The translations under genes were made by a program, and so were the position numbers. A stretch of DNA of 64,000 nt, taken from positions 25,172,001 through 25,236,000 of the forward strand of contig CM022679.1 in the NCBI GenBank assembly GCA_012295275.1, written 5' to 3'. The notes below the pieces were generated by a model. That model saw only the letters and a program-made list of their open reading frames with translations. It had not been told where the DNA came from and did not search any database. Positions 24,501 through 37,050 of the stretch are shown one piece after another (within the stretch, counting starts at the first letter, position 1; each line of letters opens with the position of its first letter). The stretch comes from Chrysomallon squamiferum. Taxonomy: Eukaryota > Animalia > Mollusca.

Positions 24501-25552
24501 TTATAGTCTGATTGTGTGAAATGTTAATAATGATTGACAAAGGTAGAAACTTGAAAAAAAAATTATCCTGAAATAATGCTTTATTATTAACATCCCTACC
24601 ACAAAAAATTAATAACATCGATAATTGTTCTCTGGTTGTTTTAAAATGATAACTGTTTTACATATTTGTATAACAACAGGCAGAATGGGTGAAATCTAAT
24701 GATTATGGTGGAGTCATGTTCTGGGCATTGGACTTGGATGACTTCAAGCAGACATGTAGAAGTTCAAGAAGGAAGTATCCACTTATTCAAACAGTTAATG
24801 ATGTTCTTACAAATAATAATACTGTCATAAAGGACAAGGGGTGTAACATTGTCTCAGGTAACAGTATTAAACTTCATAGTCACCTGTATATATTCAGATA
24901 GCAACTTTCCTGGTTATATAGCAGTACATTTATTAGTTGATGGTGTATTAGTTTATGTTACAAATGCCCTGTAGCAATCAGTTTATAGTTTGTGATAAAA
25001 ATACCCTATGGAAGGAATCTATTTGTGTTTATAGCAAAAATATTCTGCTAAAAATCAATATGCTAATGATTATGTTAAAAAACTGTGTCGCAAAGTATTA
25101 GTGTTATTCAAAATTTACCTTGCAGTATTTTATATCTGTATTATCTTACCCAATTAAAATACTTTAATTAAATTAAAAACAATTATGCTTTATTATCTTT
25201 ATGTGATCCTTAACCAGATGCATGACTTTATATAATCACAAATTAAATAAAATGATTCATTTGTTCCTTCAGCATCAGAATGAGGAAAAATAATAATCAG
25301 TTTTTCATTTTATTTATCTATTCATTCATTCATCTATCTGTTTATCATTAATCATAATTTTCAGAACCATTTACATGTGATGGCAGACCATTTGGTGTTT
25401 ACCCTGATGAAACCAACTGCAGTAAATTCTATATTTGTACACAATTTGGAAACTTCTGGATGAGCTGTCCTGTCACATTTGCATGGGATCCAATCACAAA
25501 GGATTGCATCCAACAGTCTAAAGTTCACCACTGCAGCTGTACTGATCAATAA
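20076..25552 (+). CDS. Gene B: secreted GH18 chitinase with C-terminal CBM14 (chitotriosidase/AMCase-type architecture), 467 aa, 10 coding exons
   Basis: Exons: 20076-20078 (ATG|gtaag), 20458-20512 (hydrophobic ISRIILLEVLFSMFILII), 20827-21004 (RVCYFTNW...DPFLCTHI), 21243-21495 (GGWNFGS...FDGLDLDWEYP), 21970-22094, 22988-23105 (DFINLMTYNFHG), 23702-23884 (GMATFGRSF), 24214-24336, 24680-24857 (YGGVMFWALDLDDF), 25365-25552. Total 1404 nt, in frame, all GT-AG. Confidence 0.93.
22690..22834 (+). pseudogene. Degenerate tandem duplicate of the intron 5/exon 6 boundary of gene B (decoy acceptor, YIDFINLTMKKF*)
   Basis: ~22690-22820 resembles ~22877-23012 (gtcatgat.gctaa...tcgtttaaatac...aattcttttaacagaa...tcag.tat.tagattt.attaa.ctga); cag acceptor ends at 22794; in-frame TAA at 22832-22834. 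Confidence 0.75.
25365..25552 (+). CDS. CBM14 (peritrophin-A/ChtBD2) terminal exon of gene B
   Basis: Phase-1 exon translates PFTCDGRPFGVYPDETNCSKFYICTQFGNFWMSCPVTFAWDPITKDCIQQSKVHHCSCTDQ*, with the six-Cys CBM14 spacing; AATAAA overlaps the stop (25548-25553). Not present in the supplied ORF track. Confidence 0.9.
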
Positions 25553-26431
25553 AATTCATAATGACTGGATGATGGAGAGTACTTATATTAAAGTGACAAA
25601 CAACTTGTCTTACAATTTCTAAGGATGTTAATACTTTTATTAAAGAGATATATCAAAATAAACCTATTGTCTGAAGATTTTAATACTTCTGCTGGAGTGA
25701 TGTTAAAACATGGCTTTAAATATTTAAGATTTTAAACTACTGAAACTTGTCTTTCTGAAGTTAAATCTTCAACTGAAGAAAAATACAAACTTGGCTCACT
25801 TTTAAAATGTGAAACGTCTATTGTCTTGTCTGGGTATTGACAGAAGATGTTATCAAGATGTTCGCAGTAATTTTTCTTTTGTTGCATCTGTACTGAAATA
25901 TACTATTTAAGAACATGTTTTTTTTTCCTTCTATTTATGTCCTTATCAGCATTGTTACTGGTGCATGTTCTTGAAATTTGACAGTTAAAAACAAATTTCA
26001 CAGACAGGAAAAGACACAAACACACACACAAAGCAAAGTATTAAAATGCCAAACAAAAAAAAAAAAAAATTAAAGTATAAAGAAGGCAATTTTTAATATT
26101 AACAGTTGATACTAAAAAACTAAAAATTAAGACATCCAAACTAAGCATAAATACTTTTCAGCAGTTTATTACTGATAATCATTTCAAAATCACACATTGT
26201 TCACAAATAAGTGAAGAAAGCATTAACCACATGCTAGTAAATTAAAGATCATAAGTAAGGAAATAAAATACTTTCATAAAACACAAACTGGAACATCTTT
26301 TTTGAAAAATAAATCTGATCAATAAATTTTTAAAATTCTCAACAATTAATCAGTACTAAAAAGATCACAATACTGTCATTAATTAAAACTATTAAATATA
26401 TTACTGAATCCTTCAATAATCCACATTGAAA

Positions 26432-26568
26432 ACTTACAGTATTACAGAACTCACCATTCAACAACACTTAATACCACATTACAGTATTATAGAACTTTCA
26501 CTTTGTCAACACTGAATACTACTTTATAATATTGCAGAACTCTCCATTTATCAATACTTACTACTCTG
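26432..26568. repeat. Degenerate ~45-bp tandem repeat, about 3 copies
   Basis: cagtattacagaactcaccattcaacaacacttaataccacatta / cagtattatagaactttcactttgtcaacactgaatactacttta / taatattgcagaactctccatttatcaatacttactactc. Confidence 0.6.
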
Positions 26569-27210
26569 AATTTGTCTGTAGCCATCCATACATCAGTAAG
26601 ATGACTGATAATTATCATTAATCAGTGTTGGGAATTTCATAAACCTTTGCTGAGTATTCCATTCATCAGTATTGAGTAAACCATATATTATTATTGAGCA
26701 CATCATTAATCATTTTTAATCATTCATTGTGCAATAATCAACTATTTCATAATTAAAAAAAAGAAAGAAAGAAAGAAAAAGAACAGAATAACATGAAAAG
26801 AAGATCCCCAACACATAAATGAAAAAAGAAAACAAAAAGAGAAAGAGAAAAGATCCTTAATAAAATATTGACATTATTTGGTGCTTGGAAAGAAATGTCT
26901 GATAACTTTTTTTATTCTTTATTTTTTTATTTATGGGATTTTTTGTTGTTTTTTTTTTTTTTATTATTATTATTTTTTTAAACTTTCCTGTATAAAAATA
27001 TGATAATACCCAGCCTTCAGCATCCCCAGAATCTTGCTATTTTACTATGGTACTTTACTATTAGCAAACATTGGTACCCTTTAACAAACAAACCGATACT
27101 TATATTAAAGTATATTTAAGTTATTTGTACACACCACCATAGGGGCACTTTACAACATAATGATACGAAACCAAACGGTATTGTAAGATCTTCTGCTCGA
27201 AACATATTGG

Positions 27211-27978
27211 TTAATACCAAACTCTCAGATTTCCATAAATATTATGGTTTGAGTTGTTTTGTATGCACCTCACAGATCCATGAACCCAGTTTAGAGGTGT
27301 CTGCAGTGGTGGAAATATCAGACAAATCAACACCCACACATTTTGACTTTTTCCACTTAAACCGATCATGATACGAATGCTGTAATGCCTGGCCAATGGA
27401 AGCCACACTGAAACAGATTGGAAAAAAAACAAGACATATAATGTGAAGAAAAAATATTATCAGTGATATTGTTCATGCAATATGGCAAAAAGTCTATATG
27501 CATATTTGCTGGGTTTTTTATAGCTCTATCTACTGTAGCTATAAACTATAATATCATTTTGCATTTGTATAATGTGTAAGATGTATATCAATTTAAGTCT
27601 TATAAACACGAAATATTTTCATGAGAAATTAAAGATAAAAAAATGTCAAAGTAGTTTCAGTTTTTACTAAATTGTCAAAATGAAAGAAAACCAATACCTT
27701 CAACCTTTTCCGACTCTGTTCCACAGTTTAGTGAGAAGTTGTTATTCCTGTTTAAGGAGTTGATATCTATAATAAAAAGTAAGTTAACAAAGTATCTAAC
27801 TGAGCTGAACATCACACAAGAAGTCAAAGATTCCATCATTGGCTTGCTTTGAGAAAACTGAATAAACAGTTAAACACATTTGTTTATATTTGTAAGTGAT
27901 ACAAAAAAGTCTATAAACAGAAAATATTAGTAGAGTTATAACTGTTATTATTTTGTATTATTATTTTTATTATTGTTC

Positions 27979-28048
<70 letters not shown>

Positions 28049-31000
28049 TGCTGCTATTATTATGCTTTGAATAAAAAAATGCAAAATGTATTAGTATTAA
28101 TCCCAATGATATCATCAGTTTTGTGGCAGGTGGACATTATAATTATAAACAAAAAAACTGTTGATATTAATCCTGAATGAATCTGGCATGTTCAAAATAA
28201 TAATAATAAAACAAAATAAAAAAAAAAAAATGAAAATAAAACAAATATAATTAGTTAATGTATCCCACAAATTAGTCTAGGTCATTAAAGCTCTAAGCAT
28301 GATTTTAAAATTTCTTTGGGAAAGTTAACATGTCTAACACTACAACATGAATGTTATCACACCTGCAAAGCCATGATCTAGGATGGACCTTCCTTTCGCA
28401 CTGTCCGTCTTTGAATGCATTTGTCTGTCAAAAATAACAAAGACACAAATTTTTAAAACTCACAGGAATTGGGGTTTTAACCATCATTTCAAATTTGTCC
28501 TGGAGATCATTGTTCTATCATAAATTGTAAAAACTATGTAGATATTAATTATTAAAATGTTTTTGTCTGCATTTTTTTTTTATTTACTTTATGCCCATAA
28601 CTTAACTTGAAGAAGTCATTATAAATACAATTTTGGAAAAATAAAAAGAATAATTATATATACTGAAATGACTGATTGCACAACATAGTAATTAGCTCTG
28701 AGATCCATCTTGTATCATGGTATTTTGATGTGAAACACACAGACATACAGACAGATTTGACTAAATACAAACATATTTACACTAATAGTCTACGCTGGAT
28801 ATAACAATAAATATGTATGGTAATGAAGGTCAGAAAAATACACAAATCATTCACATCAATGTACATAATAATCAGGATGGTTATATGAAATGTTGGAAAG
28901 TCATCTTTTTTTAAAGAGATTGTTTGATTTATATGATAATCTTTTTTTTTACTACTCTCTGGTTTTTATTTTAATTTCTTTTCTTTTAGTTTGTTTTCTA
29001 TTTCCTTAATTTTTGTTTTGAGTGAACATTTTTATATTTTTCCTTCCTAAAATATTTTGTTGTCTCATCTATATTTATTATTAATTTTTAAAATATATCC
29101 ATTACACCATCTAACATCCTGAAATTAATTAAATTACCTGTAACCAGAGTGGCAAGGATAGACAGGTACATCTATATACTTTTGTCTTGGGTCTAGGATG
29201 GGCTTAATTATACCATTCTTCCTTCTGGCTTGCTCTAAACTAATCAAGTGTCTGGATTTTGAGTTATTCAGTAACTTAATATCAGGCTTCTTCTGAGAGT
29301 CTGAAATTATGTAACAATCACACACAAGCTTAAAATATGCATACATTATAGACTCACTTATTTTAGACCATACATGATGGCTGTATAAGATATATAACTG
29401 CTTAAAAGGAATATGTGCAAATAGAGCAAATTATGTTGAAAGTAAAACATGTAAAAAAAAATTAAAAATTAAAAATTATAAAACCAAACATATTTACTCT
29501 GCAGATCTGACACTGAATACAAAGACATCTTGCCACTGAAAATGACACTGCAGTGAGAGATGAGGCACTCAACAACAGAAGCTTGGAAAACTGTAGGCAT
29601 TTCACCAATAACCGTATCTCTAGACCTGCCAACGTTAATTCATAATGTCAAAAATGATTCAACAATTAGAAAGAGTACATGGGAACAATTTGTCACATGC
29701 AACAGAGTACAGAAAATTGTGTGATGGTCATTATTAAAATGCAGACACTTTGGGATGTTCAATGTGTACATATACTGATAACACATGTTCATAGGCAAAA
29801 ATGTGCATACTGTACACTTTCCAGTATGTAAAATGTAAACAATAAAATACTGTTTGGTGGTGAAAATGTTCCATTTAGAAAACTGAAGAAAAGCCTGTAA
29901 AATGTACACTTAGTATGTGCATCAAATACCTCTAGCCGTTTTTAAAACATTACTGAAAGAAAAATTTAAAAAATGTTAATGCTCAAGAAATTTCACTACA
30001 TTTACCTTATTATGACTGGAGCCCAAATTACTGCTAAGTTCTTCAATTTAACATTGGTCTGTAATTCATGATCTGCCATCTGAGATAAATGTCTTATTAA
30101 ATACTCTGTAGTTCTGAAATAAAGCATCATCATACACAGTTAACTGAGATAAATGAAAACGACTTCTACATTTTCTGTAAAAATCATCCAAAATCAAGTT
30201 TCAGACAATAACATACATTTTTTCCCCCTATTGAACTAATTCAGTTAAAGTCACAAATTTATTAACAAAAACACTGACAATCAAAGACTAATACAGTTTC
30301 TGGATCGAAGATACACATTAATTAATTAATTAATACATTACGATTACTATTAGATAATTATAAACCAGAAATGAAGTTAAAAAATTTCAAACAACTAACC
30401 ATCTTCATGAACACAAAAGAAATATTAAATTAAATTATAATATAATAAATTTATAAATTATTTCTTACTTGAGGTGAGGAAGAGGAAGCTGTTGTAAAGC
30501 ATTGTGAATTTTGTTCAGTTGGTTATCCACATCTCTGACTGCATCCTGGCAAAATATCAGCATTTACTGAGACACTCACAAGAGAAGATAAATAAACACA
30601 TTTTTGAAAATTTAAAGAATAATAAATAAAGTAATTACTTGGAAGGCCACAGAATGTTCATACCATCATTCTTATATAAAAAAGAAAAAAAAAAAGAAGA
30701 AAAAATAATTATAATAGCTTTTTTTTCTTATAATTGTTTAGACTTGTTTTTAAACATATTTGTATATTATTCTGCTTCAGTAATAACTTATCTCTCAGTA
30801 GATATCCAGAAGACAGACCACCATTACTCTGCAAATATCTTTATTTACTATTTGAACTAGATGTTTTGTTAAAAGGTTTTTAAATAAAATAAAAAGAAAG
30901 TATACATGTGATCAGCTTACCATGTACACTTTATATCACCACAAATTGGGTAAGATATTCTGTAACTATAATATTTTACTGCCAAACACTGACATTACCT

Positions 31001-32526
31001 ATGAGTAAATAACAACATCAAGTAAAACAAATGTCATCTGAGCATTTATTGCTATGACCACAGGTACACTTTAACACACTGTCAACTCACAACAAACTTG
31101 TCATACAGCTGGTAAGTTAGAAGAACATTTGGCAGTTCATAGAAGTAGAGCTTGAGTAGAGCACTTATATTATGAACATTAGCTCCAAAATTTTCAGACA
31201 TCATATCAGGTACATGGCCCTCATCAAAAGCTTGTCTGAAAAGCAAATGAACAGACACACAGATAGACAGACAAGTAAGAGACAAACACAAACAGATAGA
31301 GAGACAGATAGGCAAACAGATACATAGATACATCTGTATAAATAGACATTAATGTATATTTGTGCATTCATGAGAAATACTGATATTTGAGTCTCAAATG
31401 GCAGTGAATATGATACTGATGTCTGCAACGAGCACTACCCTGCAGATAACTATATAAATGGTGTCCACCATGAAAACAGTGTCCATGACCTTGACAGGGG
31501 CCCCCTAACATCTATGGTTCATCCATTATTATTTATTAATGTATTTTATTTTGAAATTTAGAGCTCCTCTAATTTTAGCATGAATTCTAACTCAATACAA
31601 ACACATAGTAAACTAACCTTAGTTTTACAATATTTGATTTAATACCAGGTTTCCAATACATACCATCGACAACACCATTACGTTCTATTACCTCTGTGCA
31701 ACATTCTAAAATCTCAGGCACTAAAAACAGCAAACAGTATTTAAATTAAATAGCCCTTATACTTACTGTTAATAATAATAATAAAAAAATAAAAAAAAGT
31801 TTATAAAATTATAAACTAAATGATTGCTGAATTGCTTTAGAGATCAATAATCAAAGTCTGCATGTATTTAAAAACTAAATGGTATATGCAATTTTAGACT
31901 GTTATTTTAGCTAAATATGTTTATTTTCTTTATTTTAATTGCTATCTCTGGCAACATATAGATATGTATTGAAATTGAGCATGTTTATATAAACATAATA
32001 AATGTCAGAACTGCAATAAGCTTTAAATGTATCAATTTACTACATACTTTGGAAGCATCAACTGTTTGACTAGAAAAAATGCTCTGATTAACATTATAAT
32101 CAGAATATGATTTAATAAATTAACATTTTCAATAAACAAAAGCAATTTTTGACAATTATTTGTATTTTTCTATTGCTTTTTCTATAAAGATAATTTTTTA
32201 TTTATATTTCAATTGATACCATCACGCCCTGTATTCTGTAGATGAATAGTCAAGTCAACTCCAAACACTTTAGTCTTTGAATTAAATTTCTTTCTCAGAA
32301 TCTTCAACTTTCTACGCTTTAAATCTAAATACAAAATGGATTTGAAATTACTGAAAAATTGTCAATATTCATGGGAGAAAAAAAAAAAAAAGATTTAATG
32401 ATCCTATAATTATATTATAAAATATATTTTGTGACCTTAATAAAATTATATTCAAAACATTTTTCAGTTAAACTTTATAAATGCAAATTAAAATAAATAC
32501 TATTATTCCAATAGTGATAAGTGAGG

Positions 32527-32595
<69 letters not shown>

Positions 32596-35500
32596 TTAAT
32601 AATAACAATGACAATTACAGTATTAATGATAACATAAATAATAATAATAATAATAATAACAATAATAATAATAATAAATAATGATAAGTACAGGAACTCA
32701 GTTCTAAGAGTGATCAAAATCAATGGGTTAGATTCAATTATGAAAACACTGAATAGTAGTGACCTATGAATTTTGTTCATCAAAACACATAACCACTTGA
32801 GAGTTCTTATGTAAAATGTCAGAAAGAAGATCAAAGTGATTACAGAAAAGAAAAATTACTCTGTCGTTTCAGTGCAGATGGTTGCAATATTCTAGAAGCT
32901 ACAAATGGTGGTACTGTGTTGCCTATTACTTCAACACATTCACTTGGGAAAAATCCAACCTGGAAAACATTAACATCAAATGTAGACGCAGTAAAGATTT
33001 AAATAAATATAAAACAAATCATAAATACTTTTTTGTAGATAGAAAATAAATAAAAGTAAATAATACAGCATACATAACACACATATATGCAACCAACATA
33101 CAAAGAAATACATAATACCAAAAACTGTTTTAGCTGTCTGTTACTAGACTAACATTCATGATGTCATTAGTGATAACAAAGTGACTCCCAAAAACCTTCC
33201 ATAAAATAATAATAAAAATAATAATAATTAAATAACAAACAAAAAATAAAACTGTTGTAGTTACCAGATAAAAAAAAAAATTGATTTAAAATAAAAATTT
33301 AAAACAAGGCAATAATAGTTAGATTACCTCAAAATTCTTTTTGCCCCGCCACCATGCTGTAACATCAGAAGGTAATTTATCTATCACAGATATTATATCT
33401 CCAACCTATTCCCAAAATAAATAAAATTAAACATTAGTATTGATTTATATATACATTTAATATGTGTTTGTTTAATCATTTTTTTTATTACTTTTCATAT
33501 TTTGAATTATTTAGAATAAGGCATTACAAACACAAAACATTTATTTTTTTATTTTATATACATTTAATTAGTTTGTTTCCTCATTTTATTTTATTAATTT
33601 GCTTATTTTTAATTATTTAGAATAAAGCATTAAAAAAAGAAAATAAATTATTTTTTGAATAATTAAAATTGTTCTTTCTTCTTCTTTAATTTAATGAAAT
33701 ACAGTTTATGCAATACAGTATACAAAATAAATGATTAGTTTAAGCTGAACAAAAACGAGCTGAAATTGTGAAAACCTCGATTGTAATTTCATCTGCTGTC
33801 TGAGCAGTGTATCGCTTCACAACGTGGGCAACAGCAACGGCAGGAGTGTTAATACCACAGTCATCCACTGTTAGGAGTCGGTTTCCAAGATTATCCATCT
33901 GGGAAAAAAAAAAAAAAATTCTCCTTAGTAAAGTGAATTCTTTAAAGAGAATATGATTTTCTGAACTAAATATTTAGAAAGTTAGTAACTGTAGCAATAA
34001 TAACAATGAATAAATATTTGCATTATAATAATTACATCAACAAATGTTTTAACTGAATTAAATAGAGATGTCAAATAATTTGAAATCTTTATTATATCTT
34101 TAATTTTGCAAAATCCATTCTTTTGGTTAAATAATAAACACAAAAACTGCACACACAGACACACTTAAACATATTTTTATTCGGTTATTATTTAAGAAAG
34201 ATAAACTTACAGTAGATGCAAAATTAATTATTTTTATTGTATTTTATAATTTATTATGTCGTTTAGTGTACTGTTATACAACAAAATAAACTCTGATAGT
34301 GTGTACAACATTACTGTCAGTTTAATAAATTCACTTCAAACAAGTACTGTTAGTGATGAAAATACTACCTCCAACCATTTCAGAACTGTAGCACAATTTA
34401 TCAAACAGGTAGCTACGTTTGAAAATTTCTTCAAATAGTGACTCAGAAATTTCATCATCTCCTGCAATTTAATAAATTCTGAATGAAGTTTTATGATTTA
34501 ATAACAGTCCATATTAAATATGATCTGTGTAAGCTTATAATTGCAACTCATAATATTATAAATTAACCATCAAATCAAACATAAAAATGAGACCACTGTA
34601 AAAGGTGATATAATACAGATTAAAATATTTAACTTTAAACAGTCAAAATGTACATTAAAAAAAAAAAGAGAAAAGAGTATAGTAGATAGCTCTCTGAATA
34701 CAGACTCTCATTTGCTTATAATTATTTTACATTGTTTTAAAATTAGTCAATATACATAACAGCTTTGAGGATGCTGAGGCTAAATCACTACTTTATACAT
34801 GGTAACAATAAAGATTATATCCTAGCTTCAGCTTTGATACAAAACTGAAATAAGCTTGAGCTTATATTTATGTTTATTGCAATTTTTATTAATGCAAAAT
34901 AATATTTTTTGCAGTCATTTATTACCTGTTCTGACTTATATTTTTCTTCATCAGGAGACAGCATGGGCAAGTGACTAAATTTCCTGTCATAAACACATTC
35001 ATGAAGCTGACGATCTAGATCACAGAAGTCATTATAGGTTCGATGTACAGTCCATTTTTTCTTCCCTGACATCACTTCAACCCAGTATACATGTTCCCTG
35101 ACATCATTCTCATTGTGAAGGCATTTGTCATTTTCACACAAATTTAACTGAGCAACAAATTTTTAAAGCATTTAGTGTATTTTTGTATTAATATGCCAAA
35201 AAAAAAGTATGACAATTTTTAAAAAAGCAAATGTATTTCAAACCTATCCAAAGCACTAACAGTAACAGGATTTTGCTTCTGTTCTTTTTTTCATTTTTCT
35301 TTCTTTTTTTTCTTTTTTTCTTTTTTTTTTTTTTTGCTGCATTGTAGTAAATATGATAACAAAATTGAAGGAAGTTATAAAATATAAAATGAAATATGAA
35401 AAAGAACAAATAATATGCAAATACATCCAAATTCAGAGTTTTTCCACATATATTTTAATTTAGTGGTGAAATATGGAACAGCATAATAAAACTTTCTGTT

Positions 35501-36125
35501 CATATTTATTATTTAAACCATTATCTGCTTTTTAAATATCCATTCACTGAAAGTACTGCTTAATCTAATTTAAAAATATTTAGTTCAAACTGATACTGGC
35601 TAGAATCATTAATTCAATAAAATGCTAATAAATGTTTAAATGAATAAAAATCAAACCCATGGTAGTGTTCAATTTATAAAATGTATCTTATTTCTAATAA
35701 TACCTGTAGCTGTCTGAATGAAACTAAGCCATAATGAAAATGTGAGCACTCTTCCAGTTTGGGAAATCGAGCTGTTCCATCAAGTGGACTGAAACTAAAG
35801 TAACACTTCTCTAAATTGAACTTTAACTTAAACAAATAAAAAATTACTTTAAATACATGCTAAACAAAAAAAAAAAAAAAAAATAATAAAAATGAAAGAA
35901 AAGATTAACAACGTATGCATATATATATATATATATATATATCCAGTAATTACAAATTAAAATACTGATATTTCTTTGTTTCTTTCTTCTTCTTCTAAAT
36001 AATTTTTCTTTTCTTTTCTTTTTTTTTAAATTATTTTTTTAACAAATAATAAAATTCGTGAAATATGAACAGTATTTTATTATTTAACATCGAAGCAAGT
36101 AAATTACTTTTATAACATTCCCTTC

Positions 36126-36169
<44 letters not shown>

Positions 36170-36417
36170 TAAATACATAAATAAATAAACATTATACTCG
36201 TTAAATAATACAGAGGCTAAGGAAACGATGACGTGATGATCTTTTTAACTCATTTCCGAAATTAACTATGTGTCGTAAACGGGATTCATTATGCTAATTG
36301 GCATTTTGAAACTTACTTTATAGCTGTCATATAGCTTTGAATTTTAGAATTCGTAGGCTCGGGTTTTCGTCTACGACGCACTAATTTTGACAGCTGGTAT
36401 CGAACCGCACTCCACAT
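27211..36417 (-). CDS. ARHGAP32/33-like: Gene C: PX-SH3-RhoGAP protein of the ARHGAP32/33 (CdGAPr) family, arginine finger absent, ~650 aa; last exon uncertain
   Basis: Exons: 36317-36417, 35704-35788 (ARFPKLEECSHFHY, family hallmark), 34926-35147 (PX: WTVHRTYNDFCDLDRQLHECVYDRKFS), 34369-34461 (INCATVLKWLE), 33776-33898 (INTPAVAVAHVVKRYTAQTADEI), 33328-33405 (VGDIISVID...WWRGK), 32860-32959 (VGFFPSECVE), 32220-32324 (VFGVDL), 31618-31720, 31091-31235, 30469-30545, 30006-30113 (NLAVIWAP), 29498-29625, 29138-29300 (LISLEQAR), 28363-28424, 27698-27766, ~27211-27407. Phases are consistent through exon 16. Confidence 0.88.
32527..32683. repeat. (AAT)n microsatellite, representative of many
   Basis: Directly visible; further AAT/ATT tracts near 1758, 6734, 11032, 12656, 13542, 18757, 21526, 27983, 36128, 62966 and 63572. 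Confidence 0.95.
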
Positions 36418-37019
36418 TTTACATTCTTACAGATCGCAGATATGTTCCAATATTTTTATTCGCTGCTTCGATTTGAATTTCGCGTATTATAAACTACAAA
36501 CTCGGCAGGTTACGACATCTGCCGAAATAAATAAAAAAAAAAAAAAAAACGATAAAAAAAAAAAAGTTAGTGGGATGGTGTCAAACATTAAAATCTAATT
36601 CGACATATTTTTGTCGTAAAGATATATCAAAAAAAAAAAAAAAAAAAAAAAAAATTCTGGCAACGTACATTTTAACAGGAAATTTAAAAAAAAAAAATTA
36701 AGAGATTAAAAAAAAAAAAAGAAGAAGAAAAAAAATTCACTGCGATCACAATTAAATATCAGAAATGGTGGCAAAAACCACACTAGATTTTTCATCCACA
36801 TTACAAATTACAGGAATTAAGTAATATTATTGAAGGTTATAATGTCTATTGTAACAGTTTTATAGGGTAGTATTTAATAATGAAGATAGCACCCTATATC
36901 TGCACTAAAAAAAAACAGATGCGTAAAATAACAGATGCGTTTGGTTTCAGTGCCACTTACTTGAGGGACATATACTTTGTTAGCTTTAGTGCATTTACCT
37001 CTTTTAAGTGTTAAAAATA

Positions 37020-37050
<31 letters not shown>

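Noticed and set aside
18265-33539. Idea that the inverted RhoGAP fragments mark breakpoints of a past inversion that flipped gene B
   Set aside because: An inversion between these points would split gene C, which is intact and collinear across 33354-33539.
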